Below, piece by piece: positions 19,498 to 29,010 of a DNA stretch of 64,000 nt. The DNA is taken from positions 4,136 through 68,135 of the forward strand of contig MEXN01000006.1 in the NCBI GenBank assembly GCA_001773695.1. The letters are read 5' to 3'. Each line of letters opens with the position of its first letter. The stretch's first letter is position 1. Under the pieces are notes generated by a model. The model was not told where the DNA came from and did not search any database. It was given only the letters and a program-made list of their open reading frames with translations. This stretch comes from Candidatus Amesbacteria bacterium RIFCSPLOWO2_01_FULL_48_25 (GTDB lineage Bacteria > Patescibacteriota > Microgenomatia > CAZETR01 > Amesbacteraceae). Both the position numbers and the translations under genes were made by a program.

Positions 19498-20693
19498 AAA
19501 TCCTCATGCTCACTCCCTATCTTCCCTACCCGCTTCTCTCTGGCGGACAAATACGCTCATACAATCTCATAAAAAACTTAAGCCAGAAACACGAAATAAC
19601 GCTTTTTTCCCTGATCAAAGACGAGTCCGAAAAGCAACATTTACCAGAACTAAAAAAATATTGTCACAAAGTCCAAGTGTTCAAGCGCACTTTTTCCCCT
19701 TGGCATCCCAAAAACATACTCCAAGCTGGTTTTAGCCTCTATCCATTTCTTGTTACCAGAAATTTAGTTAGCGGAACGAAGGAGGCAGTAGAAACCGAAA
19801 TTAAAAACTCTCACTACGATCTCATTCACGCAGAGACTTTTTACATGATGCCCAATATTCCCAAAAATCCCGTCCCAGTCATTTTGGCGGAACAAACTAT
19901 TGAATATCTGGGCTATCAAAGCTATGCGGACAAAAGCCAGTTATTTTATCTAAAACCATTATTTTTTATCGACATTCTTAAAATAAAACTTTGGGAAAAA
20001 CATTACTGGGAAAATTGCAATTTTCTTATCACCATGAGCGAAGACGACAAACAATTTATCAGTACCGTTGCCCCAGATGTAAAAAACATCGATGTTGTAG
20101 CTAATGGTGTAGACATTGACTGGTTTAACCAAACCAAAAAACATCTGCCCTCCGACCCGACCATTTTATTCGTCGGCACTTTCAAGTGGTTACCAAACTC
20201 TGAAGCAGTCGATTTTTTGGTCAACGATATTTGGCCATTAATTAAAACAAAAATGCCGTCGGCAAAACTTTTGATTGTCGGTAATAGCCCAACTGCAAAA
20301 GCTCTTTCTTATCAACAAAAAGACAGTTCTATTACCGTCATTGGAGGGATCCCGGATATCCGTGATGCATACGCCAAAGCACATGTCCTTCTAGCGCCCG
20401 TTTTCAGTGGCAAGGGAACTCGTTATAAGATTCTGGAGGCTATGGCTACGGGGACCCCAGCAGTTGGAACTAAAATCGCTTTAGAAGGGCTGAATATCAC
20501 ACCCGGAAAACAGGCGATAGTAGCCAACACAGCCGAAGAAATGGCCACGGCTGTCCATAATGTTGTGTCTCATCCCAAGCTTCAGCAACAACTGGCGCAT
20601 AACGGAAAAAAATTTGTGTCAGAAAAATACGATTGGAAAACAATTTCTACCAAATTAGACAAAATTTACCGCCAAGTTGGCGGTTCGTCATGA
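19494..20693 (+). CDS. Glycosyltransferase family 4
   Basis: 'MKILMLTPYLPYPLLSGGQIRSYNLIKNLS' GT4 N-terminus. Confidence 0.65.
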   Translation: MKILMLTPYLPYPLLSGGQIRSYNLIKNLSQKHEITLFSLIKDESEKQHLPELKKYCHKVQVFKRTFSPWHPKNILQAGFSLYPFLVTRNLVSGTKEAVETEIKNSHYDLIHAETFYMMPNIPKNPVPVILAEQTIEYLGYQSYADKSQLFYLKPLFFIDILKIKLWEKHYWENCNFLITMSEDDKQFISTVAPDVKNIDVVANGVDIDWFNQTKKHLPSDPTILFVGTFKWLPNSEAVDFLVNDIWPLIKTKMPSAKLLIVGNSPTAKALSYQQKDSSITVIGGIPDIRDAYAKAHVLLAPVFSGKGTRYKILEAMATGTPAVGTKIALEGLNITPGKQAIVANTAEEMATAVHNVVSHPKLQQQLAHNGKKFVSEKYDWKTISTKLDKIYRQVGGSS

Positions 20694-21529
20694 CCCAACT
20701 CTCCATCATTATTCTTAGTTATAACGTCGAAAGATTGTTACTCGGCTGTTTAGCGTCCCTATATGGCGCCAAAAAGCGCTCGGATGACTGGGAGATCATC
20801 GTCATAGACAATGCGTCTTCAGACAATTCAGTAGCCCAAGTCAAAAAGCACTTCCCCAAAGTTAAGCTTATCGTCAATAAGACCAACACCGGTTTTGCAG
20901 CAGGAAACAATTTCGGCATCAAAAAAAGTTCCGGAAAATATGTCTTACTTCTCAATCCAGACACCTTGGTTTATGCAAATTCAATCTCGTCCGTATTAAA
21001 TTACATGCAGTCCCACCCCAAAGTCGGGGCGGCCACTTGCCGGGTAGAACTACCGGACGGATCTTTAGACTATTCATGTCACCGGGGATTTCCAAATCCC
21101 ACAAACTCCTTCCTTCATTTCGTAGGTTTCAAAAAACTGTCCTCCTACACTTCTCAATACATCCCCAACTATCCGCACGAAATAGACGCTCTCACCGGAG
21201 CCTTTGCCTTCATCCGTCGCCAGGCGGGGCGGCAGGCCGGTTGGCTGGATGAAGATTATTTTTGGAACGGTGAAGATATCGATTTCTGTTACAAACTCAA
21301 AGAGAATGGTTGGCAGGTAGTATACATTCCGGAAATTAAAATAACTCACTACAAAGGGGCATCTGCCATGGCCACTAAAGATACCCGCCTAGCCTGGGCC
21401 AAAAACTCGACTGGGGTCATGTCATTGTTTTACCGCAAACATCTAGCTCAAAAATATCCGTTTTTTGTAAATTGGTCAGTATATTTGGGAATTTGGATTT
21501 TGAAATTATTTAGGTTAATTAGAAGTTAG
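20690..21529 (+). CDS. Glycosyltransferase family 2
   Basis: 'LSIIILSYNVERLLLGCLASL...IIVIDNASSDNS' followed by DXD. Start set at the ATGA overlap. Confidence 0.7.
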   Translation: MTQLSIIILSYNVERLLLGCLASLYGAKKRSDDWEIIVIDNASSDNSVAQVKKHFPKVKLIVNKTNTGFAAGNNFGIKKSSGKYVLLLNPDTLVYANSISSVLNYMQSHPKVGAATCRVELPDGSLDYSCHRGFPNPTNSFLHFVGFKKLSSYTSQYIPNYPHEIDALTGAFAFIRRQAGRQAGWLDEDYFWNGEDIDFCYKLKENGWQVVYIPEIKITHYKGASAMATKDTRLAWAKNSTGVMSLFYRKHLAQKYPFFVNWSVYLGIWILKLFRLIRS

Positions 21530-21561
21530 GCTTGCCCTGAGCGCAGTCGAAGGGTCAATTT

Positions 21562-22576
21562 ATGAAGGTCATTTGCATTGATGCTCGGTTCTGGGGAATA
21601 GGGGATACCGGTATCGGCAGGTACACCGAAAATTTAATCGACAATTTACCCACCGCAAACAATATACGATTAATTTTACTCGTTTCTGCCAAAGCAGTCA
21701 CGGAACCCAAACTGGAAAAATTTGAAAAATATGTTATTTATAACCATCCATATTCCATCGCTTCGTTTATCGAAACCCATCTGGCGCTTTTCAAAATAAA
21801 ACCCGATTTATTTCACGCCACCAACCTATCCGTTCCGGTCCTTTGGCCTGGGAAAATTGTAGTCACCATTCACGACCTGATTAAACATTACTCCCGGGGC
21901 TTAGCCAATACCACTCGCCACCCGGCCGTTTACTGGCTCAAATATTTAGAGTACTTAATCTTGGTTCGTCTGGCCATTTTTCGGGCCGCCCATATCATCG
22001 TCCCAGCCAATTACTGGAAAGATATATTAATCGGCAAGTATAAGCTTGATCCCCAAAAGGTCAGCGTCACATATGAAGGAGTATTTAATCTACGTGGGTA
22101 ATTTATACCCACACAAAAACATACCAGTTCTGATTGCTGCTGCCGAAAAGCAGAAAATCGACGTCAATATTGTCTGTGCCCGTTCTGTTTTCGCCGACCG
22201 CTTACCTAAATCCAAATACGTCCATTTTCTGGGCCAAGTTTCCGACAGCCAACTCGTTAAGATCCTTCGCGGTGCCACCGCCTTCGTCTTTCCATCCCTA
22301 ATTGAAGGTTTTGGCCTTCCGGGCTTAGAAGCTATGTCTGTCGGTTGTCCAGTTATTGCGGCGCGCGCCTCATGCCTTCCCGAAATTTACGGTGATGCAG
22401 CCATTTATTTCAATCCTCATAGCCCTCAGGATTTGGCAGATAAAATCAAGTATCTATTGAAAAATCCCCGAGCGCGTCAAGAATATATAAAAAGAGGAAT
22501 TGCTCAAGCCCAAAAATATTCCTGGGGTAAAATGGCCAGAGAAACATGGCAGATCTACCAAAAAAAATTGCAATAA
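21562..22576 (+). pseudogene. Glycosyltransferase family 4 disrupted by a +1 frameshift near 22046-22101 (two ORFs, 21562..22101 and 22046..22576)
   Basis: An N-terminal GT4 domain ORF and a C-terminal GT4 domain ORF ('EGFGLPGLEAMSVGCPVIAAR') lie in adjacent frames. The junction is near a C4/A4 homopolymer stretch 'ccccaaaagg'. Confidence 0.55.
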
Positions 22577-23667
22577 TCTACGACCGGGTGAATAAGTGGG
22601 GTGGGGCGGAGAGGGTACTTTTAGCTCTTCACGAAATATTTCCCCAGGCCCCTCTTTTTACTGCCGTCTATAACCACGAATCAGCCAGATGGGCTAAAAT
22701 TTTTCCTCAAGTCATTCCTTCTTTTCTGCAAAAGTTTCCCTACGCCAAATCTCATCACGAACTTTATCCTTGGTTGACACCGCTAGCATTCGAGTCATTT
22801 AATTTTAACCAATATGACGCAGTTATCTCTGTAACCTCCACTGACGCCAAGGGCATAGTTACCCAACCTAAAACTTTCCACCTCTGTTATTGTCTCACGC
22901 CCACCCGTTATTTATGGAGTCACGAGCAATTTTATAAGAGTCAGCTCGACCCAGGCACAAGATTTATTACATATCCTCTGTTTAATTATTTAAAGTTTTG
23001 GGATCGGATTGCCTCGACTCGGCCGGATATTTACGTCTCCATTTCTCAAACAGTTTCCGGGCGCGTTAAAAAATATTACGGGCGTGACAGCCAGGTTGTT
23101 TATCCCCCAGTAGACATCGATGTTTACTCACAACCATCTCCCCCACCATCCATCAAAGACTTCTTCCTATATGTGGGACGTTTAGTGGGATACAAACAAC
23201 CGGAAATTATCATAAACGTTTTTAATCGGTTGGAATACCCGTTAGTCATTGTGGGATCGGGATCAGAAGAAAAAAAATTGAAGAGGTTGGCCAAACCCCA
23301 TATTTACTTCGCTGGTCATGTCTCCCAGTCACAGTTGGTAAGTTTCTACCAACACACCAAAGCTGTCATTTTCTTTCATGAGGAAGATTTCGGGCTTGTT
23401 CCGGTGGAGGCCCAGGCGGCCGGAAAACCGGTGATCGCCCTCAACCTAGGGGGAGTAACCGAGACAGTTATTCATGGGAAAACGGGTATATTAATTGACG
23501 ATAACTCGGAAGAATCGCTATACAGCCATATTTACAATTTTGACCACAGATTGTTTGATCCGGGTATAATCCGGTCAAACGCGGCCCGGTTTTCCAAACA
23601 GCGTTTCCAGCGTGAATTTGTTAAAGTATTCACATCCGGCTGGTCTAAATACAAAGAGAAACTATGA
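22546..23667 (+). CDS. Glycosyltransferase family 4
   Basis: 'KIAIIYDRVNKWGGAERVLLALHEIF' and a C-terminal 'FGLVPVEAQAAGKPVIA'. Confidence 0.65.
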   Translation: MADLPKKIAIIYDRVNKWGGAERVLLALHEIFPQAPLFTAVYNHESARWAKIFPQVIPSFLQKFPYAKSHHELYPWLTPLAFESFNFNQYDAVISVTSTDAKGIVTQPKTFHLCYCLTPTRYLWSHEQFYKSQLDPGTRFITYPLFNYLKFWDRIASTRPDIYVSISQTVSGRVKKYYGRDSQVVYPPVDIDVYSQPSPPPSIKDFFLYVGRLVGYKQPEIIINVFNRLEYPLVIVGSGSEEKKLKRLAKPHIYFAGHVSQSQLVSFYQHTKAVIFFHEEDFGLVPVEAQAAGKPVIALNLGGVTETVIHGKTGILIDDNSEESLYSHIYNFDHRLFDPGIIRSNAARFSKQRFQREFVKVFTSGWSKYKEKL

Positions 23668-24722
23668 TACCTGTAATCATCTCAGGTGGATTTGGTACAA
23701 AGCTATGGCCCTTGAGCCGGAAGCTACGACCCAAACAATTTCTTCCCCTGATTCGGGGAAAATCTCTATTCCAGACAAACTATGAGGACCTGAGGCTCAA
23801 ATTTAACCCTGGTGAAATCTATGTCTCTACGAATTCGGACCAAGCCAAGATAGCCCAAACTCAGGCCCCTGAAGTTCCACCAGAAAACTATATTCTCGAA
23901 CCGGAAATGCGAAACCAAGGACCAGCCACAGGTTTGATAGCCGCCACACTGTTTAAAAAAGGCTTTCCGGACGAGCCGTTCATGTTAGTTCAGGTAGATG
24001 ACTTACGTGAACCGGCCGAAGATTTTCTCAAAATGATCGACATTTGTGATCGTTTGGCCAGGTCAGAAACCAAATACATTACAGGTGGATTTAGGCCCGA
24101 TTTCCGGATTCAAGGAGTGGATTATTTGATGAAAGGAAAAAGAATCACCGGAGAAGACGAGGTGGGAGTGTTTGAGGTCGCCAGGTATATTTGGAGAAAA
24201 TCGGTTGAAGAAATTGAATCCCTCATTAAGGAAGGATCATTACTTGTCCACACCAATCATACCTGCATGACTCCAAGAAACTTTCTTAACATGATCAAAA
24301 AGTATCGGGATGATTGGTACTCACCACTAGCAAACATCATAGAAGGAGCAGACGTTATGACCGAATATTTAAAAATGCCCCCTGGACCGATAGAAGAAGT
24401 CACTGAATTAGTTCATGCCAATAGCGAGTCGCTTGTGGTGGAGCTACCCTTCCGCTGGGCAGATATTGGGACATGGGAATCGCTCAGTCGCTATTATAGG
24501 GAGAATAATCTTTATCAGGTCTCAAACCCAAGTGTAGATCTGGGCGGGAAAAATAATTTCATAAATATAGAAAACAAAGACAAGGTGATTGCCTTGGTGG
24601 GAGTGGACAACTTGGCAGTAATCGATACTGGAGACGCCTTGCTGATTTGTTCATTAGACCAAAGTGGGAATGTGAACGAAGTCGTTAAAGAAATAAAAAA
24701 TAGAGGATTAAATGTCATATGA
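23664..24722 (+). CDS. manC: Mannose-1-phosphate guanylyltransferase (GDP-mannose pyrophosphorylase)
   Basis: 'MIPVIISGGFGTKLWPLSRKLRPKQFLPL' nucleotidyltransferase N-terminus typical of ManC/CpsB; fits the co-located gmd. Confidence 0.7.
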   Translation: MIPVIISGGFGTKLWPLSRKLRPKQFLPLIRGKSLFQTNYEDLRLKFNPGEIYVSTNSDQAKIAQTQAPEVPPENYILEPEMRNQGPATGLIAATLFKKGFPDEPFMLVQVDDLREPAEDFLKMIDICDRLARSETKYITGGFRPDFRIQGVDYLMKGKRITGEDEVGVFEVARYIWRKSVEEIESLIKEGSLLVHTNHTCMTPRNFLNMIKKYRDDWYSPLANIIEGADVMTEYLKMPPGPIEEVTELVHANSESLVVELPFRWADIGTWESLSRYYRENNLYQVSNPSVDLGGKNNFINIENKDKVIALVGVDNLAVIDTGDALLICSLDQSGNVNEVVKEIKNRGLNVI

Positions 24723-25387
24723 CTGGATGGCAATATTCCCATCTCAAACGAGCTATTGATATAGTATCAGCGCTAGTTCTGGGAATACTATCCCTCCCCA
24801 TCTGTGTAATGACAGCAATTGCCATCAAATTGGAATCTCCCGATGGCCCGATTTTTGCTGATATTCCTCTCCGCATGGGTCGGAATGGTCTTAGATTCCG
24901 GCTGTATAAATTTCGCTCCATGATTCCCAATGCCCACGCTCTTCTTCGTACCGATCCCAAATTCAAGCAACTATTTGAAGAGTACAAAAAGAGCAGCTTT
25001 AAACTTCACAATGACCCCCGCGTCACCAAAATCGGTAAACTAATTCGCAAATACTCGATAGACGAAATTCCCCAATTTATCAACGTGTTAAAGGGTGACA
25101 TGAGTATTGTCGGACCCCGTCCCTATTACCCCGACGAGATAGAAATTCAGCAGGAAAAATATCCCCATACCAAGGGTTTAATCAAAAATGCCCTTTCAGT
25201 CAGGCCGGGAATTACCGGTCATTGGCAAGTTAATGGTCGTAGTGATATCAATTTTGATAAGCGGATTGAAATGGATGCCCAATACGCCAGTATTATTTCC
25301 AATTCACTTTGGTCTGCCCTGTGGTATGATTTAAAAATCCTATTTAAAACGCCCCTCGCCGTGCTTTCCGGTAGAGGCGCCACATAA
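24719..25387 (+). CDS. Initiating polyprenyl-phosphate sugar-1-phosphate transferase (bacterial sugar transferase family, PglC/WbaP-like)
   Basis: 'KRAIDIVSALVLGILSLPICV...LYKFRSM...GPRP' motifs of PF02397. Confidence 0.75.
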   Translation: MTGWQYSHLKRAIDIVSALVLGILSLPICVMTAIAIKLESPDGPIFADIPLRMGRNGLRFRLYKFRSMIPNAHALLRTDPKFKQLFEEYKKSSFKLHNDPRVTKIGKLIRKYSIDEIPQFINVLKGDMSIVGPRPYYPDEIEIQQEKYPHTKGLIKNALSVRPGITGHWQVNGRSDINFDKRIEMDAQYASIISNSLWSALWYDLKILFKTPLAVLSGRGAT

Positions 25388-25392
25388 ACTCC

Positions 25393-27369
25393 ATGCTGCC
25401 CGAACAAAATAACAGCTCTTTGGTACACCAATTAGATGAGTTAAATGACCAAAGTCCAAATCCAGTGAACCGAAAAAATAAGAAAATATTACTCAAAATT
25501 TTATTGTTCATCACAGTCATTATCGGCGCGGCGGGAATTTTTGGATACTTCTCCCTTTACCTACCTGTTCTCAAGATTCGCGCATCGTTTCTGGCTCTGG
25601 AAGAGTCTGGTCGTCTTATAGCCCCTCATATCAAAGCTCAGGATCTAGAAGCGACCCAAAACCAATTGGGAGATATAAAAACCAAGCTCGAAGCTTTCAA
25701 GTCCGATTATCAACGCCTGTCATGGCTGAATATAGTTCCAATTGCCAAAAATTACTTTCAGGACGGACTTCACGGAATCGTGGCCGGGGGAGAGGTACTG
25801 TCAGCAGCCGAGGTTACGGTTAAATCCATCGCCCCATATGCCGATGTTATTGGCCTTAAAGGTCTGTCAACAACCGGCGATGGAGCCAAAACCGCTCAAG
25901 ACCGGATTAATTTTATAATCAATACTCTAGACAAGCTCAAGCCTCAACTATCCCAGATCGGATCCCATCTCGAAGCCGCCCGTAAAGAAGTAGATCAAAT
26001 AAATCCCAATCGATACCCCAAAGATTTTAGAGGCCTCCCCATCCGAGATCGTTTAACTTCCGGTATCAACCTCCTAGACCAATCAGCAAGCGTTGTTAAC
26101 GACGCAGGTCCTCTTTTGGAATCTGCCCCTTATATCTTAGGCTTGGACTCTCCCCGCAAGTACTTGGTGATTTTCGAAAACGACGCCGAACTTCGTCCCA
26201 CCGGGGGCTTTATGACCGCTTATGCCATTCTTTCAGTCAACAAAGGCAAGATTAGTATCGTTCAATCTGATGACATTTATGCCCTGGATGCCAAATTTAC
26301 CAAGAAAATTTCTGCTCCGGCACCCATCAAAAACTATTTGCCCAAAGTCCCGTATTGGAATCTCAGAGATCAAAATCTCTCCCCAGATTTTCGCGTGTCC
26401 ATGGAAACTTTTTACCCCAATTACGTCACCACTGGTTCGCCAAAAGTGGACGGAATCATTGCCCTAGACACCCAGGTTCTAGTCGATCTTCTCAAAGTCA
26501 CGGGTCCTATTGGAGTGCCGGGATTTGGCAACTACAGCGCCGATAACGATCCTCGCTGCAATTGCCCGCAAGTTTTTTATGAGTTGGAATTGTTTGCCGA
26601 TGTCGAAGGTCCAGTTGTGTGGGACTCGGTTTCCGGTCAGATTATTGTCCAGCCAAAAAACTACCAGGCCCGCAAGTCGTTTATCGGCCCCATGATGTAT
26701 TCAGTCTTAGCTAATGTCATGGCCCAGCCCAAAGCCAGAATGGCCCAACTTTTCAACACCAGCGCGGCCCTTTTCCAAGCCAAACACGTTCAGTTCTACT
26801 TTACCGACCCCAACATTCAGACTAGTGTAGAGACCTTTAATCTGGCTGGCCGGGTGCGCGAGTTCGAAGGCGATTATTTATTTATCGTGGACACCAATTT
26901 TGCTGGGGCCAAAACTAATGCCTGGGTAACCTATACTGCCGACCAAAAAATTGAAGTGTCAGGCGACGGCACTGTAACTAAAACTCTCACTCTGACATAC
27001 AAAAACCCTCAACCCTATTTCGAGGACAAAACTACCAAACTCAAACTCAACGGCATTTTCAGAGATTGGCTGCGGGTTTACGTTCCCAAAGGCAGCAAGC
27101 TCATTGAAGCCAAAGGTTTTGAAACCGGCCAGGTAACCGGTGAAGATTTGGACAAAACAGTCTTCGAAGGATTTTTCACACTCACCCCCTTAAATGTCAA
27201 GACCATTAGTCTCAAATACGAGCTCCCGATCAAATTAAAATCTCCTTATAAGTTTTTGATTCAAAAACAAGCCGGAGCCAAAAACTTCCCTTACACCATC
27301 TCGCTCAACAATCGCAAGCACCCCGAGATTATTCTCTCCGCCGACCAGGAACTATCATTAGCGTATTAA
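25393..27369 (+). CDS. DUF4012 domain-containing membrane-anchored protein
   Basis: N-terminal TM helix and the hallmark 'KYLVIFENDAELRPTGGFMTAYAIL'. Confidence 0.65.
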   Translation: MLPEQNNSSLVHQLDELNDQSPNPVNRKNKKILLKILLFITVIIGAAGIFGYFSLYLPVLKIRASFLALEESGRLIAPHIKAQDLEATQNQLGDIKTKLEAFKSDYQRLSWLNIVPIAKNYFQDGLHGIVAGGEVLSAAEVTVKSIAPYADVIGLKGLSTTGDGAKTAQDRINFIINTLDKLKPQLSQIGSHLEAARKEVDQINPNRYPKDFRGLPIRDRLTSGINLLDQSASVVNDAGPLLESAPYILGLDSPRKYLVIFENDAELRPTGGFMTAYAILSVNKGKISIVQSDDIYALDAKFTKKISAPAPIKNYLPKVPYWNLRDQNLSPDFRVSMETFYPNYVTTGSPKVDGIIALDTQVLVDLLKVTGPIGVPGFGNYSADNDPRCNCPQVFYELELFADVEGPVVWDSVSGQIIVQPKNYQARKSFIGPMMYSVLANVMAQPKARMAQLFNTSAALFQAKHVQFYFTDPNIQTSVETFNLAGRVREFEGDYLFIVDTNFAGAKTNAWVTYTADQKIEVSGDGTVTKTLTLTYKNPQPYFEDKTTKLKLNGIFRDWLRVYVPKGSKLIEAKGFETGQVTGEDLDKTVFEGFFTLTPLNVKTISLKYELPIKLKSPYKFLIQKQAGAKNFPYTISLNNRKHPEIILSADQELSLAY

Positions 27370-27372
27370 ACC

Positions 27373-27918
27373 GTGAATTCGTACTCGGACGAGGGGATTA
27401 TCATTAAAAGGTCTAACTTCGGCGAGGCGGGCAAGCTAATTACAGCATTTACCTCAAATCATGGCAAGGTCACGCTCAAAGCTATTGGCATTCGCAAGAT
27501 CTCGTCCAAACAGGCGGGTTCTCTGGAGCTATTTAATCACATTAAATTTCACGCTGTTCAAGGCAGGGGAGAACTGGAAGTTCTAACCGAAGTTCAACTT
27601 ATCGAATCCCACCCTTCTTGGCGAAAGCACTTAGGGCGCATCACCCTCGCCTTCCAGCTTTGTGAAGTTATCGATAAACTTACGCCCGACCACCAACCCC
27701 ACCCCGAAATTTTCGAAATCCTGAAAAGCTCCCTTTTGGAAATTGGAAATTTAAAAATTGACTGGAAATTGAAAATTGAAAATTGGAAATTAGAGATACT
27801 CCGGGAACTCGGTTACTGGTCGAAAGAGCAGGAGTTTCAAAGCGACATCGATAAATATATGGAGGAGTTGATAAACCGCCCTCTCCACTCCCCCAAACTC
27901 CTGTCTAAGCTAAAGTAA
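27373..27918 (+). CDS. recO: DNA repair protein RecO (short form)
   Basis: 'EGIIIKRSNFGEAGKLITAFTSNHGKVTLKAIGIRK', a RecO N-terminal OB-fold pattern. Confidence 0.6.
   Translation: MNSYSDEGIIIKRSNFGEAGKLITAFTSNHGKVTLKAIGIRKISSKQAGSLELFNHIKFHAVQGRGELEVLTEVQLIESHPSWRKHLGRITLAFQLCEVIDKLTPDHQPHPEIFEILKSSLLEIGNLKIDWKLKIENWKLEILRELGYWSKEQEFQSDIDKYMEELINRPLHSPKLLSKLK
27738..27795. repeat. Heptamer tandem array (gaaattg/aaattga, about 8 copies) inside recO
   Basis: 'ggaaatt ggaaatt taaaaat tgactgg aaattga aaattga aaattgg aaattag'. Confidence 0.7.
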
Positions 27919-28315
27919 ACACCGTTTTGAAGTTTTCGAAGCAGACTTTGATTCTTTCTATACAATGCAATCTTCCCAAGAGTGGTGGGACAAAACTGTC
28001 ATTCAAAAAACCCAGCCTAATATTGCTTTCCCAATCTCCCAGTTTTACTTTCCATAACTCTTTTAGTACAAAAACCAGTTGTTTACCTCCCACACCGCTA
28101 GTAAAAAAACGATTACAGTCCTTTTTAACATCCACCCCTAGTTTCGAATACAACCACAATGGCAGCAAGGTGTAATCCGCACCCGTATCCACAATCATTT
28201 TCACCGGTACCCAATCGTTTAGTGTCTCTGACCAAAAACCAACATCGGCCACTGGACGCCTGATTGTCCCCAAAATTCCCGTTTGTTGCACTTCAAACGG
28301 AAAACTTATTTGCAT
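27905..28315 (-). CDS. Retropepsin-like (clan AA) aspartic protease
   Basis: Catalytic 'MIVDTGADYTLLP', flap 'TSGVGGKQ', and a C-terminal 'LLGRL' matching the retropepsin GRD/GRN motif. Confidence 0.7.
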   Translation of the reverse strand: MQISFPFEVQQTGILGTIRRPVADVGFWSETLNDWVPVKMIVDTGADYTLLPLWLYSKLGVDVKKDCNRFFTSGVGGKQLVFVLKELWKVKLGDWESNIRLGFLNDSFVPPLLGRLHCIERIKVCFENFKTVFTLA

Positions 28316-28503
28316 ACCAAAATCAGAGATTGTGCTTTGGGTACAAATGTCACAGTGGGTATCATCCCAGTCTCTTTGACCAACTTGTCAAAAAGCCTCG
28401 ATGCTTCATTAGCCGTTTTAACTGCGTAAACATTTTGGTTCACCACCAACACATGCTTTCCTTGGTACTTGGGATTGTTAAACAACGACTTTGTTCCTTT
28501 CAT
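28306..28503 (-). CDS. Small hypothetical protein (65 aa), translationally coupled to the downstream protease
   Basis: Its last 10 nt overlap the protease start ('ATGCAAATAA'). Confidence 0.35.
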   Translation of the reverse strand: MKGTKSLFNNPKYQGKHVLVVNQNVYAVKTANEASRLFDKLVKETGMIPTVTFVPKAQSLILVCK

Positions 28504-28552
28504 AACTTTATCTTACCACGCCTCCTCCATTCCCCCAAGCTTCTTGACAAGC

Positions 28553-28984
28553 TCAAGTGAGTTTCTTCATCAGCTCAGCAGCCGCTGGAAGAATTGCTTG
28601 AGCTAGTGATAATCGTTTGATTTCGCCTGCTTCACGCCAAAGGATATAGGGCGCACCTGTTATCACCCCAGTGAGCGTTAGTACGGTCAGCTCGCCCACA
28701 GCCTCCACACCAACTCCTCTTTTCTGAGCAAGTTCAATTAGTTGATTATGTGTCGTGACCACATCTTTCACCGCGGCTTTACTTTCTCCGTCCATAGCCT
28801 GCTCCTCCAATTCCGCCTCAACCCTTCTGGGAATCGATTGCCCCAGAGTGGCATATGCTATCGCCAACACTTCAGCAACGGTGGGAGACCCCGACTGCCT
28901 TGGGTGAATCTCTTCTCCCAGTGGCCTATCCAAGAATTTCCTTTCTTCAACTGCCATGACCCGATTATAGACCAGGTTCATCAT
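28553..28984 (-). CDS. Hypothetical protein (143 aa), first gene of the minus-strand island
   Basis: ORF with no recognisable motif; local GC is slightly higher than the flanks. Confidence 0.4.
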   Translation of the reverse strand: MMNLVYNRVMAVEERKFLDRPLGEEIHPRQSGSPTVAEVLAIAYATLGQSIPRRVEAELEEQAMDGESKAAVKDVVTTHNQLIELAQKRGVGVEAVGELTVLTLTGVITGAPYILWREAGEIKRLSLAQAILPAAAELMKKLT

Positions 28985-29010
28985 CTGTCAAATTCTGGTA
29001 GAATTACTCT

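Noticed and set aside
27905-28503. A retroviral-style gag-pro -1 frameshift fusing the 65-aa ORF with the protease
   Set aside because: The 10-nt overlap contains a proper ATG and stop, which fits ordinary translational coupling. No heptanucleotide slippery site (X XXY YYZ) is evident at the junction. This was kept only as a remote possibility.
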